DNA of 64,000 nucleotides from Epiperipatus broadwayi (GCA_028023455.1 JAQFVV010000003.1:25048001-25112000), one strand, 5' to 3'. Positions 1 to 13,724 are shown, counted from the stretch's first letter. The notes: generated by a model not told the origin, from the sequence alone. A program made the numbers and translations.

Positions 1-950
1 TTACTTTTTAAAAAACTGCTTTATGATTCAGGGGTTGTTATTCTCACTCCTGTTAGTTGTGGGCTCTTCTTTTGTCTTCTTGGTGTAATCAGACTTATTA
101 AACCTTTTTACAAGGACTTAAACTGACACAAAGGTTTAGGTTTATCAACATTAGAAACGATTTTTCGGTTAAAACTTCATTAGACACTAATTTAGTTATT
201 ATCTCAGAACTTTTACCCCTCCCCCTGGCTTGCTTGTGAGTCAACAACTACTTTTGGATTTGATTTTAATGATATATGACTTATTTTTCCATTGGAATCC
301 CAATTCGTAGTCTTTTTCTTTGAATTTTTTGGGTTTTTTTGAAAAAAAATTTTTTTGAGGGGCGTCACTGTATTATGAGTTTTTTGCCCATAACTTCCCT
401 CAAGAACATCAGAAGAACCTAATTCTGGTGTTGAATTGAAGATCTGGTCGTCCTTTTTAGTAATCACTTTTGAAAAAGACTTTGAATTAACTCCTTGACC
501 ATTTTTTTCAAGCTGCAAAGTTTCTCTGGTTTTTCTTCTATAACTTCGCTTCCCAATGGTATTTCTACTTAGTTTTTTCACAGAATTATTCTTATTTAAG
601 TCCTTCAATGTTTTCTTATGAATTAAAGGTCCCAAAGTTCCTTCTTTTTATGTAGGTTTTTTCATGAATATTTCTTTTTTAAATAATCCTTGATTAACAT
701 TACAAAACAAATTATTATTTCTTGAATTGAGGTCAAAACTTTCTTCCACACTTCTCTTAACATTAGAATCTGCACTCTTAATACTTTTTTTCTTATTTTT
801 CTTTTTAGAAACCTTAATAAACTCATTTTCTGTACTACTATCACCTTCTATGTAATTTTCCATTTTCTCAATATTGGTGGTGGCTTTAACCTTGGCAGCC
901 ATTTGCATCAAACAAAATGATTTTTCCTTCTATTAAAAAGTTCTTAATTT
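1..950 (-). pseudogene. Decayed Lys/Asn/Ser-rich ORF in one continuous frame, possibly the C-terminal part of a non-LTR retrotransposon ORF1
   Basis: ORFs 648..911 and 213..635 are in the same frame (KPT*KEGTLGPLIH). The frame continues to the window edge through further TAA/TGA stops with no frameshift. The EFIKVSKKKNKKK motif resembles LINE ORF1 basic patches. No diagnostic domain seen. Confidence 0.4.
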
Positions 951-1099
951 TGCTTAAATTCATTTTTAATTAGTATATAAAATACTTACAAGTATGTCAG
1001 CTGTAAAATTTATTAGCAACTCAAGCTTATGACACAAATAAGTCAGCCTCCAGTGGAGCCAGTGAAGACTAAACTTTTCAACATGACGACTGAAAGTTG

Positions 1100-1450
1100 G
1101 AAAAAAACAGAAGCTTTAGATACCAGAAAAAGACAAAATATAAAATTAGAATAGGATAAATTAGAATATGACATAGTTTATGTGGAAATAAGAAGGCAAG
1201 TACTGAACATTTATTTTTGGAAAATTTTATATAAAATGGAAGAAATTTAACTTTGTTGAGAATAAAAGACGCAAAGATTTTATGATTTTTTTTTTCTGAT
1301 TAGATCTTTAATGAAAATGGGTTATTTGAAAATCGGGTAATGGATTTAATAGGAAAAAAAATGAATCCATGCTGGAGAAAAGTATGATGTGGATTTTTTA
1401 TTGTGGTCTATAATAATTTTGGAAGAAAGAAATATTTAATCTGATTAACA
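1100..1450 (+). mobile_element. Degenerate L1/Tx1-like LINE 3' fragment (RT-associated Zn-finger region)
   Basis: Translates in part to SLCGNKKASTEHLFLE (decayed C-x2-C...E...HLF..C) and LWSI..EERN (W.IW.ERN-like). Confidence 0.4.
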
Positions 1451-2343
1451 GGATTTCTAGGTATATTAGCTATGCACAACACTGCTGAATGTCTAAGAAG
1501 AAGCTGTTTCACACCATGTCATATAAACTCATTAAATGAAATAGGAATGAATATCTCATTATTAAACTTTACAAAATATTTCTAGTATAAGTGATGCATC
1601 TTGTGTGGTTTAGCACAGAGCTAGTGATTGGATTCCAGAGTTAAAATCCCTTGGATGGATTCTCTGCTACTAAAAGAAAAAAAAAGTTTAATCATTTGAG
1701 TAAAACTGTTGTGTTTAATTTGATACCTGGGTGCACAAATATCATATAATCAACCAAACAATTGACTACACAATTATTTATTTCATATATGTTATTAGTA
1801 GAAAAATATATTTTAGGTTACTGGGAAACAATGACTCAATGAATAATGTTTATTATAAAAATAACTGCTGAAAGTAGATAACTACCATGAGTCAACTTCT
1901 TTCAAACTCATTAACCAATAGGATTAACTGATCTTAAAACTAAAATGTCAACTAAAATTATGAATCTCTAGATTTCAAATCTGAAATTATTCTGCTATTT
2001 CATGCATTACATTTTAAATGTTTTATCTATTTACATTTTAAAAAGCTTCAAATTTTATTACAGATCAAATATAACTATTCCTCTTTTATAAATTGTCATG
2101 AGAATTTCTCTTCTTTTTAACCATTACTTCTATTCATATGTACAATGTTACAGCTTTGGAAATCATTCTTACTACTATGATAATCTTATCTTTAGTAAAA
2201 TTTGAAATCTATATACAAGATTTAAAAAAATATAACAACATCTAATTAAATACAGAATGCTTAATAAATATTAATATAATTTACTGGAGTATCATTATTA
2301 TAAATAAGCAAGGATTAAAATTTATGACATTTGTAAATAAATT

Positions 2344-2675
2344 TTATAAATATAGGAGATTTGAACACAGATTTTCAAGCACCCTTCAATTATCCATGCT
2401 ATTTCATACCACTGATACACATAACCATGCACATATAGAAAAGATAAATAATCACCAATATATGTGCTGAACCAGCACTCATCAGTTGGTCCAGATTATC
2501 ATCTGTGTGGGAGATAATAATCTGAACCAACTGATGAGTGCTGGTTCAGCACAAAATACGTATATTGGTGATTATCTTTTCTACATGTGTGTGGTCATCT
2601 GTATCAGTAGAATCAGATAGTGTGGACAGTTGAAGGGAGCTTGAAAGTCTGTGTTCAAATCCCCTATATTTACAA
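2344..2675. repeat. ~330-bp fold-back palindrome (HHR family B, PLE pseudo-LTR-like)
   Basis: Arms such as TTATAAATATAGGAGATTTGAACACAG / CTGTGTTCAAATCCCCTATATTTACAA are reverse complements. Related copies lie at 34.2-34.8 kb and 36.16-36.33 kb. Confidence 0.85.
2517..2575 (+). ncRNA. Type I hammerhead ribozyme motif, family B (G12 mutated to A)
   Basis: ATAATC-TGA-ACCAA [CTGATGA] GTGCTG-GTT-CAGCAC [AAA] ATAC-GTAT A TTGGT-GATTAT. This gives stem I with an internal loop, a 6-bp stem II, a palindromic stem III and an AUA triplet. The mirror copy at 2448-2499 (-) lacks GAAA. Confidence 0.7.
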
Positions 2676-2845
2676 TTAAGCTCCAGGTATATGAAGAATG
2701 CCTGTATTTCAAATGTTAAATAAATTTTATATAAACAACTGTATATAGCTATTAGAAAAAATAAATGGCTAGTTTTAATATGAAGAATTAACATATTTTT
2801 ATAGTATCTACAACCAAGCAGTAGTTGTGATTTCTAAAGATGTTA

Positions 2846-3622
2846 TATCATCATCATCATCATCATTGTCAACCATTAACAATCCACTGAAGGATGAATA
2901 TCTCTCCAAGTTCAATCCATTTTCTCCAATCTCTAGCCTCTCTTCTCACATCATTCCTGCATACTTTCTTATGTCATCTATCTATCCATCTCACATGTGA
3001 TCTCTTTCTGGGTGTTTTACAAACTCTTGGATTCCAGTTTAAGATTTTGATTGTCCATCTCCCCTTCAGTCTTTTAATTCTTTCAATGATGTCAGTAAGT
3101 TTGTTCTCTTACCCATATATTGCACTTCAATCTCTTTTTGTTACTCCTAACATATATCTCTCCATACTTCTTTGAGCGATCTGAAGTCTCTGTATTGCTT
3201 TTCTATTAAGTGTCCAATTCAAATCCATAAGTAAGAACTGGTAAAACACTCTTTCTGGGGGTTTTACAAACTCTTGGATTCCAGTTTAAGATTTTGATTG
3301 TCCATCTCCCCTTCAGTCTTTTAATTCTTTCAATGATGTCAGTAACACTGTTTGTTCTCTTATCCATATATTGCGCTTCAATCTCTTTTTGTTACTCCTA
3401 ACATATATCTCTCCATACTTCTTTGAGCGGTCTGAAGTCTCTGTATTGCTTTTCTATTAAGTGTTCAACTCAAATCCATAAGTAAGAACTGGTAAAACAC
3501 ATCTATTAAAAAACCTCTTTCAAACACATAAGCATATTTCCTTTTAGTATTAAGTTATTTCTATCAAAAACACTCCAATTAAGTTTAATTCTATGATTAA
3601 TTTCATCCATTGTTTCCATCTG
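2846..3622 (-). mobile_element. RTE-clade LINE 3' fragment with (ATG)n tail and an internal ~250-bp tandem duplication
   Basis: Homologous to the 3' end of the 15.7-18.4 kb RTE (LTYG..W, RSMER.MLG). (CAT)n tail at 2846-2865. Duplicated units are about 3002-3248 and 3249-3500. Confidence 0.9.
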
Positions 3623-5763
3623 TAGAAATAATAATAATATATATATATAACAGGTGGAAATGTGTATTATTTACTATACTATTGAAAAAATGATTGTGTT
3701 TAATGTTCTATATATATATTTGTACATTTAAAGTTCACCCCCTCCCCCCCCCAAAAAAAAAAAAAATTAATGTTCAAACATCTTGTGTTTAATGATGATG
3801 AACTTAAATCAAAATATATATATATTTAATTTAGATAAAGTAAAACATTATAAGAAAAAAATAATAAAAAATTCACCAAGTATAGGGAATAATGTAAAAT
3901 AAGGCATTATGGAAGTTAAAGTATTAATTTTAGGTTTATGTGCAATTGATAATGATTAAATAGCAATGATTGAAAGCATTTCTAGAATTTATTTATTACA
4001 TATGTTAGTTGCAGTTTATATTAATTTTATATATTATATTTTATACATGCACATAAATATGCAGTGTTTTGAATTGTATTATTTGAGTCAGACTAATAAT
4101 AAAGTCATATTAATCACTAAATGATTTTTTGCTTATAAATTTAAAAATATTTATGTTTAACTGTTTATTTTTCTAGTGTTTTAAAAAACAATGACTTGAG
4201 AGTTATCTTAGTACACTGAGATATTACGGTTGCATTCATAACTTTTATAAATTTTTCAATGTCAAAATGTATATTGCCCTTTTCTGTAGTAAATCCTGGT
4301 TAGTCTACTACACAATAGCAAAATGAACATTATTTTAAAGAGTATACTTTCATATTTCTATTCATTAAGTCTTCTCTTAATGCATTTCTCATGACAATTA
4401 AAGACAAAATCATAAAATTTCACAATCAGGTACTGCATGTCATTCGTCTGAAAGAATTTGTGATATCACATGACGATGCACTTTATTTCATCACTTGCCA
4501 CTTTCACATGATTGTGCAAGAAACACTTTTGCAATAGCACAATCTATTGAATGAAATGGATTGTGAAAAACCTTGTGCCAAAGTGAAAGACTCAAGTGCA
4601 AGTAAATTTATATTTTTAATAGCAGAAATTTCTCTTCACTTAAGATCTGACTATATAAATAATCTCAATAAATACAAAATCATATTGGTAAAACAAGTCC
4701 CCAGACAATTTCTGCCCCAATGACTTTTTATAAAGAAAAGTTTTGTTTTTGTACAATACCATTGAGCGACCATTTTTTATTTTTATTGTCATAGCCTGAT
4801 AACTTTTGAATATTTTAATAATTTGAACTCAAGTTATCATGCTTATTTAATTACATAACTCTAACACTAGTTCAATAACTATTGTAACAATTTCATTTAT
4901 AAGCTACTTTCAGGACCTTTCAAAGCAAAAAGATAGTATATATCAACTTTGTATCACAGTCTGTTGTTTATTATGGTTGTTTTTAGTTACATCCAGTATA
5001 ATATAAATAATCAGATGGGCTGTTGAACCAGAAAAATGTCTGAAGTTTAAGCACCAAAGTAATGGATTGAGCACAAAATTTTTCCACTTGGGAATTAATC
5101 TATAAAGCATTAGTTCTTAAATTCATCAATTTACCAATGAGATAAATCACACAAAAACAATTTTTAAAAAAATCTATCACATAAAATAAATAAATTCATC
5201 ATATAAATAAATTAATTAATTAAACAGACAAAACAAATGAAAAGAAAATCTTCACATTTGGATATAAATTTTTATGGAGAATAAAGTGTATTGATATAAA
5301 TACCAAAACAATGTTGCAAAAAAATGTCACAAAAGAAGATTAGTAAATTAGCAATTGATCTGGATAATTGTTTTGGGTATTATGATCTGGCATCTAATGA
5401 TTATGCATACTTATATAATATTTGAGTCAAATGAAAGACATTATTGATGTCAAATGCAAATTAAAGACAAATTTAAAAAGTCAAGTATTGTTTTAACAAT
5501 CCAGCTAATCATTCATCAGTGGTTAGTAAATGGATCTTAGCTAGAAAATAAAGGTTCTATGTGTATTGCAGTAACTTTCCAAAAAAATAATATGATGCAA
5601 TCTTTACTAGAGATAAATGCAGTACTAGGTTACCTTGTTTTTACTTTTAAGCATTGTTCTAATGACAGATGAAAAATGGTTATTTCATAATTAAAATTCT
5701 AATGTATCCAAAAATATTTGTTTTACAGTTCATTTTTCATTTGAATAGAAAGCAAAATGTGTA

Positions 5764-7078
5764 CACCTGGGTCTCGTTTTACGCGATAGATAGGTTCCTC
5801 AGAAAACGCGCAAAAGAAATCGCACAAAAATAGACATAACTATAATAAGCTTTGAAAAGGGGGGAATATGGACTGTGATTTTTCAAAAATCGCATAAAAG
5901 CAAAGCACCAACGTAAAATTACTTTAAAATTCGCGCAAAAAAAAGAAGGAAATAAAATATGACTAATAAAAAATTTCAAATTTGAAAAAAATTGATACAA
6001 GACAAACTTTTTTTAACTATAATATTTAATTTTATTCAAAACAATATATTTTTATGCATAATTTACAGTACAGTAATTTACATTTTTTTATACACGTTTT
6101 AATTATTATCGCTATTTGCCGATAAACAGGTTCGTTTGCAAACTGGTAAAAAATAAGATTTTTCACAAGAGGAAATAAACTAGCGCCAACTTCACTCTCA
6201 TGTTGTGTTAATGGTTTTCTGGTGACAACATAATTAGTAATTAAATTTTTGAGACAATGATTTTGTTTATGAAGCTCGCAATATCCAGACATACAACCAT
6301 TTAGCTCTCATTGGAATTTAAGAGCACGTTTGTAATTAGTGTCATTAATAAGAAAATAATTTGCTAACTGGTTAGAAAGTTGAAGACCTTCTCAAATCAT
6401 TTTTGCAGTGAAAGGAACAGGTTCCACTTCTGTTTCATTATCTTTTTCTACACTGCTGGGAATAATTTAATTAAAACTAACAATTAAAAATTAAATTCTT
6501 ATTTTTGTCTTTAATTTCTTAATTTTCAATTCCGTTTAAAAATCAAATTTTGTTTCACATCATATTAATTTCAGGTCACCTTAAGTAATTTTTAAATTGT
6601 TAATTACAATTAAAAATCAGATTTTAATTTTTAATTGTCAAATTTAATTGTGCCCACTGCTATTACTCACCTTTTAAAAATAAACTTGCGGACACTAAAT
6701 GATTGATTATGTTCTTTTTTAAAAAGCAAAAACAGATATGTGATTTAAAATGCAAAATTAACACGCACAATGTCTTGTAAAATTTAATGTGTGTGCATAA
6801 AATGTGGAAATCATGATTTTAATTTCATTATTTCATAAAATCTTACTATTATAAAGCACTGAAAATATTGAAATTATTAGATGAAAGTCAAATTCCAATA
6901 ATGTGCTATTACTTTAAATATGGCGTAAGTGCTGGAAATTTATTATTTAAAGTAATAGTCGATCTAATACAGTGTTAATGCATAAAAGAAAACCGCATAC
7001 AAAAATATTAAGAAGAAACATGAATCGCATAACTTCAAAATCACGTTAAATAAATCTGCATAAAACAAGACCCAGGTG
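5764..7078 (-). mobile_element. Tigger/pogo-family (Tc1/mariner) deletion derivative with TA target-site duplication
   Basis: TIRs CACCTGGGTCTCGTTTTACGC / GCATAAAACAAGACCCAGGTG, flanked by TA on both sides. Transposase C-terminal remnant at ~6200-6445 (-): PFTAKMI*EGLQL...KRALKFQ*EL...Y.ELHK...LITNY. Confidence 0.9.
6453..6658. repeat. Small AT-rich inverted-repeat (MITE-like) insertion nested in the Tigger element
   Basis: The ACAATTAAAAATTAAA arm near 6480 is mirrored by TTTAATTTTTAATTGT near 6625. Termini are degenerate. Confidence 0.4.
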
Positions 7079-7589
7079 TATAAATAGATAACATCAATCT
7101 TTGACATATGGCAGAAGTAAACAGATTATAAAGTCATCATTAAATGGCCAATATTGCCAGCATGGTTATGAACTGAAACTAGCAATGAACAATAATGGTA
7201 AAAGTCAGTAATATGAAAAAATATTCAAAAATGTTTATAGTCCATTTATTGTCACACATACAGCATAATAATATTACATAATACACATAGATTACTGAAC
7301 TTCAAGTTAAGCAATGCGATGTGCTACCGCTTCTCCTTTATCGAAGTCAGGAATCTCTCAGCCACTATGCCCAACGATACCTGTTAGCCACCTTACCTTC
7401 CTTTTCCATTCCCCATCATAAGATTTTCCTATATTCTTCTCTATCCTGCTCCATCCCATTTCCACATCATCTTTATCTACTCTATGGCCTTTATATCTAC
7501 CCCCCCCTTATCTTTTTCCAAACCCAGCATAAAAACCAAGAACCCATTTTCTGTATAATCGTTTTGTTTATATTTATTCTCCTACAACT

Positions 7590-8900
7590 TCATGTAAAAG
7601 AGGAGTGGAAACCAAGTTTGACACAAGAGAAAGATTCATTGTGTTTTTGTAAAAAGATAATAGATATTCAAGAGAGAATTCAAATAGGAGTAGGAAAACA
7701 TGCTTTGGATATGGACAGAAAATGAAACATTCCAAAGGTAATAGGAATATTAAGTTTTTACTCAAGAAATGCAAAAAGTTAATTGAAAATACTTTGTAGA
7801 TTACAGTTTGCAATAATAGAATAGTTAAAATATTTTTTAATATATAATAAAGAAAAAAAAAAGTGGGTAAAAAAAAAAAAGAAAAGAAAAATGGAACATG
7901 TTTATGAATTGGACAAAGATTTCATGTTGGGATATTCCTAAAGAAAGTGAGATGAATATATTACAAGAACTGTTTATTACTATAATAATAAGGATTATGA
8001 TATAAATAATATTGTGACTAGTAAAAAATAAAGAATTAGATAAATAGCAGATGCACAAGGTAAGAACTTTGAATATATATATATAAATAAGCAGGTTATC
8101 ATAGCCAAGACATTGTAATAATAATAAAAAAGTCTATATTTAAAGCTCAATATTGAGGCATTGGCAATAAGAGAAAATGTTTATAACTGGAATAATTTAG
8201 GAAGATTTGCTTTGAAAATAATAATGAAAATTTTAGTCTTTTTTTTTTTTCTCTCAGTGATGAGATGTTTATTCATAAAAAAAAAAAAAAAAACAGATAC
8301 AGTGAAACAAATGAAATTTCAGGAACAAAATGGTAAGAGGGGAAGGATACATGTAAAAAGGGAATGGGAAGTGGAGATGGGAAATGGTGTGTAGTTCAGG
8401 CTGGTTAGAAAAGCATGTCTTTGTGATTGAATCCTATACTGAGGCTGAGAGGAAAATTTTAGTCATTTATTAATAGAATATTTGGAATTGGAAAAGATGG
8501 AAGCAATGAATTTATAAAAAATATGTATAAATTAAACTTGGCCTTGAGTTGAATAACAATAAGTGTGATTCTAGAATTAGAATTATTGAATGGATAATAC
8601 TATAGAAATAGGATAGAAAATAGATTTAAAAATTTAAAACTATGTAATTTTGAAAAATAATGGCTAATAAGTTTCTTGGTCTTCCTGGCTCAGAGATTAC
8701 AAACCTTTATAAAGTAGAATATTGTATTGTATCATAAATGGAGGAAGGTAAAAGAGGAAGAGATGATTAGCTTTTGTGAAGAGAATGAAAAATATAATTA
8801 AGGCATATTGAAACTAATGAAATCTATTAAAATAAAATAGAAGAGAATACAGCAGTACAGACATTTGAGAATAGATTGGAAATATTGTCAAAAGTAAATA
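7590..8900 (+). mobile_element. Highly degenerate LINE 3' remnants (RTE-like near 7.6-7.8 kb, CR1/L2-like near 8.7-8.9 kb)
   Basis: CFGYGQKM resembles WFGHVQRM, and AVQTFENRLE resembles SV..FKNRLD. Purine-rich strand bias. Frames are broken. Confidence 0.3.
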
Positions 8901-11893
8901 TATGAGATCACAATGGTATAAAAAAGCCATTTTACATCATATCACATCAGCTGGAGATGTTCCATCATGCAATGGGCTGGAGAAGTCATATCATAAATAG
9001 AGACTCTTGTTTCTCTATTACTATAAATTTATTCATAATACAAAATTTCTCAATTTATTATTTGTTCAATTCCTGTAATTAAATAATAATAATAATAATT
9101 GTAAAGTAACATGAAACTAAAGTTAAAAAATATTTATTTAATAATTAGATATGAAATAGATTAATACAGACAGTTACAGTCTTATATGTTTTACTATGGG
9201 GGGAGGGAGGATGAAGTCTTCCACATGTCTATTAAAATTTTCGTTAAAACATGAAATGAAACGTTGACAGTAAAGAATTCTATTTCTCCTTATTACAAAT
9301 TTATTTTAAACATCAGAAGTAGGTTAAGTCATTCTCTGTCATAACCATTGTTGATTTTTATAAATATAACCAGTTAAAATAATAAATGAAAAAGAAATCA
9401 CTTTGTGAAATTCACTCTGCAAAAACCAATCTTTGTAGTTATTACTCACTTATATATATTAGCGATTCACTTAGTCATATGTGTGTGTGTAACTGACCAA
9501 ATCAGTGTTAAGTTAGTTAATTTATGAGTATCTTGTACCACCCTGGGTGACTGCCTGACCGAGGTTAGATTGAATGTCTGTGTAACTTGGGAAATGTCCT
9601 CCATAGGGTATTAGATCATTGAGCAGGAGTAAAAGGATTGAATGTTGGCCGGATTCTGGATCCCAGCATCCATATTTGATCAGTCTTTACTGTATTTTGC
9701 CTATGTTCTAGATTTTGTTATGTGGAGGGAAAATTCTTACCGTTACATTATATGTACTTGTACTACTTATTTGTTTATAAAAAGTTGAAGGTTATTTTTA
9801 TAACTTTGTCTGAATAATTGAAGTTATCAAATTATGAATATTCAGATTAACATTATTATATCTGTAATAATAATTAGAATTATTATTTGCTATTATTACC
9901 ATTACTGCCCTATTGATGGTGTATGTTTAATGAAAATATTTCTAGAGAAAAATAATTTTATTTGTTTTTACTTAAATTACTCATTGGTCACTAATTTGTA
10001 ACTAATGAATAAGTAGACTATCACAAGATTGTATAATAGCATGAACAAAATTTGTATTTAGTTTTTATATATATATGAGAATGCTTAATTAAATATTTTG
10101 TTGAATCTAAAGATTTTTTACCAAACAGTAAGACTATGCACCATTTGATGCAGGTTCATACGTTTTGATTTTCATACATATTTTTAAAACAAATTAACAT
10201 TAAAAGATTTATATTTCTCAGAAGTTTTTAAATTATTGCCTCCACTGTTCCTCCCAATTTATTTCCAATGCAATTATTCCTTGTGAGTAACTCCTGTCAA
10301 ACATACATTTTTGAGATGTATAAATGGGATCATCTTTTTCAGATGTCTTTATTCATGGGTTTCGGGAATGAATTAGAAGAGAGAAAGTTTTGAGTGTGCT
10401 TTTAAAAAGATACTATACATGGGAAAAAAAAATGGAGTTGAATTATACCACATGTTTAAGCATAATTAAAAAAAGATATATTTATATCTGATTTAAGAAT
10501 AATTTTTAGTTTAATAAATAATTAGTAATAATCATTAATGCATTTATCTGAAGTGGTTGAAATCAAAGTTGTGACTACAAAAGTTTGACTTTTGTACGTC
10601 AATATAGTACATTTTGTATATCCCTTTTGTTCTTTGATCTCAAAGGTTTCACTAAAAAATCCAAACACCTTCAGTTGGCAATGCTACTACTCTCTTTGAG
10701 AAACTAATAAAGAGTTTATGAATGGTTATAATAAAACTACTGAATAATTACAGCAGAAAAATGTATATAAGTATATTTGATTCAATGTCTTCACTACTTA
10801 GTTTTATACAATAACACCATTTTATTTATTTGTTTGCACTTTTTCAGTTAATTTTGTTTTCTTCCCTTCTGGCTCTTTCTGTTGAACCTCAATGTTCATC
10901 AGTGATCTGTTTAAATAGATCTCCAAAGTATATGGGTTCAGATAAAGCATTTGGATAGAGGATAAAATTGATTGAAAAAGTGCAGAAAATGAAATGAATA
11001 TTATTCTAATAAACCTATTTTTCAAATGTGGTAATATAATTGATTAAAAAAAAAAGATTATTATAAGTAAAGAAATGAATTATAATGTACATTAAAAAAG
11101 AAATAATCAATCAGGCAGATAGAAATCATCAGAAATGCTTTATTAAATGTGATGGGCAGCAAATTTTGTTAACTCCAAAGAATCTCATTGTAGTGTGAAA
11201 GTGACCAAATAATAAGAAAATACCTTAGTTGAGCTCATTATTATAATTTATAGAAAACTTCTTTTAAATCCCCCCCCCCACATAAGAAACAGATTTGATG
11301 ACATTTCTTTTGATTATTTTAATTATCTATCTATACTTCCCATCAATTAACCAATAACCTATTACGTCTATGAGATATTTACTTCCTTTTGTATATCAAA
11401 ATGTTCACTTACATCTAAATATCGTGATTCTCCTAGCTTATATTTGACATTTGAATAAACAACAATAATCCATATCATTTTATTCTAATATTTAACTTTT
11501 TTCTTAAAATATTTCAAATTGTTAAAAAATTACTATAGGGAAAGGATAATCCTGTTAAGAGGTTTAGGGAAGAGTGTTAAGAATGTTGTCATTACCTTTT
11601 AACAAAAAAAAAAAAATCTATTAGCTACATAGTGGCTAATTCTATTTCTTCCTAATTTATGTTTAGACAATTTATCAAGGATGCTATGGCTTAAATCCGT
11701 AGATGAAGTGTTATTACAATAGTTAGCTACTAATAAATTGATGTTTTCTAATAAACTTTTATCAATGTTGTTGATAGGTGATAGAAATTTTAACATTAAC
11801 ACTACCATATTTAAGTGACTTTTGCAATAAGTCCTCCCCCCCCCTTTTGCAAATGATATAATTTTTAATAATAGTGGGAAAATCAGATACTTT

Positions 11894-12160
11894 GATGTCA
11901 TTTTGAAAGTGCATTAAAAAAAAAAAAAAATCTTATTTTGAAAAGCATGGAGCAAAATAATAAAATAATAATAGCTGCCCCAAAATAAATCAAGATTTTG
12001 AAAACTATTCAGAAAATTGAAAATCTTTTTTTAAAGTTGATTTTCAATTTTCTGAATAGTTTTCAAAATCTTGATTTATAATGGGGCAGCTATTATTATT
12101 TTGTTTTATGCTTTTCGAAATAAAATATTTTTAAATTTAATACACTTTCAAAATGACTTC
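11894..12160. repeat. ~270-bp fold-back palindrome
   Basis: Inner arms AAATCAAGATTTTGAAAACTATTCAGAAAATTGAAAATC / GATTTTCAATTTTCTGAATAGTTTTCAAAATCTTGATTT are perfectly complementary around a 13-nt loop. The outer arms are imperfect. Confidence 0.85.
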
Positions 12161-12592
12161 ATTAAGTATAAAAGTATAATGTACCAGGAAGTTGAATATA
12201 AATTAAAAACTTTTAAAAAATGGCTATCAATAACTGCTTTTTCCATTAGTGAAAATCCAAGATGATGACTCAGATCACTACATCTGAAAACCTAGTTAAT
12301 TCAACCTGTCTTTATACAGAGAAAAGTTGACATAGAAGCATACAAACGAAAGAAGAATAAGCTGTATAAAATATTTTTAGCAGCCCTATGAAGAGTTGAA
12401 GAAGTCTTAACTCAAATCATTGATTCTCGTTTTATCTTTATTGCAATTTATAATAAATTACCAAAATTACAGCATACACAATTACAATATCATACTCCCT
12501 AATTAACACCTTAACTAATCATTTTTTAGGCCAGAAATCTTAATATTTTTAGACTTGATATACTTTAAGTGAAAATTAATATATTTATTATA

Positions 12593-12820
12593 AAAACAGG
12601 CAAAACTCGCCATACAGTAGTGCCACTCAGTGCCAGCCAGAGTAATCAATAGATGCCAGAAGATTTGTGCATAAAATTTCCATCTAGTGCCTACTCATCC
12701 AATATCCCCAGACTAGTTTCTGGCTTGTGGTCTTTGTCAGTGAGAAGCCTTGGATCTGAGAGCACTGCACCTAGATCTTAGGATCTAATGCAAGCTTAAG
12801 AAATGGTATCATGTGATATC
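12593..12820 (-). mobile_element. HHR family A repeat copy (minus strand) with a short inverted (+) segment at its 5' end
   Basis: Matches the 43.4-44.6 kb monomer. HHR remnant CTCA-CTGACAA-AGAC-CACAA-GCCA-GAAAC-TA-GTC-TGGGG at ~12706-12745. Orientation switches at ~12794. Confidence 0.85.
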
Positions 12821-13724
12821 TATTATTATAAAACACAACCACATGGAAAATTAATTCAACTCCATTTCACTTTTTTACATATATTACAATATATTTATAA
12901 CTTTTATTTTACTGCATATAATTCTAATCATTTAAATAAAAACCTTTGCTGTTTCAAAAGCAAACAATGAAAAATTCCATAAACCATGAATGCATGTATA
13001 TAACCACAAACACCCACAACATATTATAGTACTTGCTAATCAATTAATTGAATAAATAATAATATAAACGATCTCATGAAATAATAAAATTGACAAATGA
13101 CTTCATAAAATGCAGGAAGTCTAATTTCCAATATAGAAGAAGTTTAAAAAAAAAAAAAAGTTCAGAAAGGTAATGTAGTCCAGATGTCTTAAAAATAACA
13201 TAATGATTGACCATTTACAAAAGAAAAAAAAAATAACAGCTTAAATACTGCGATTATAGTCATAATCAAAACGAAAGGGGAAGGGGAAATGCATTATATT
13301 ATATTTCGATTTTTTTTCAATCCATTTAAACATCTGGACAATTCTTTAACAGGAAATAAAAAGACGTAATATTAACTAATAAAAAATATAAGTACTTCAA
13401 TTGTTATTTTAAACTGACTAATTAACTAGATAAAAATTTAATATAGATATTTAAACTAACATGACTGCAAACTTTATATTATTATTACAACTTGATTTTT
13501 TTTTTATTTAGTTGGCAAAAGTGTGATTCATTATATAATGACCAATCACATAATTCATCATACAAAAATAAAGTAATAGCTTTATGTAACTCATGGCAGA
13601 ATAACTTTAGCAGAATCTCTTAGTCCTAATATTGGAAGAGTAGACCTTATTGCAAATTCTACAGTTTTTCTGCTTTGTGTTATTACCCTCTACAATTGTA
13701 GCTATGGATCACATACTTTTTAAA

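Noticed and set aside
2894-3175. Plus-strand ORF of 93 aa (also 15697..16041, 15906..16109, 17214..17519, 17830..18033)
   Set aside because: Antisense shadows of RTE coding sequence.
4430-4592. Exon-like segment between CAG| and |GTAAAT
   Set aside because: All three frames contain stops and no homology was recognised.
9488-9747. GC-richer segment bounded by TGTAAC...GTTACA, solo-LTR-like
   Set aside because: No convincing TSD, the left end merges with a (TG)n run, and there is no second copy in the window.
12258-12300. TGATGA-CTCAGAT-CACTAC-ATCTGA-AAAC hammerhead-like hairpin
   Set aside because: C3 is absent, G12 spacing is wrong and stem I cannot be formed.
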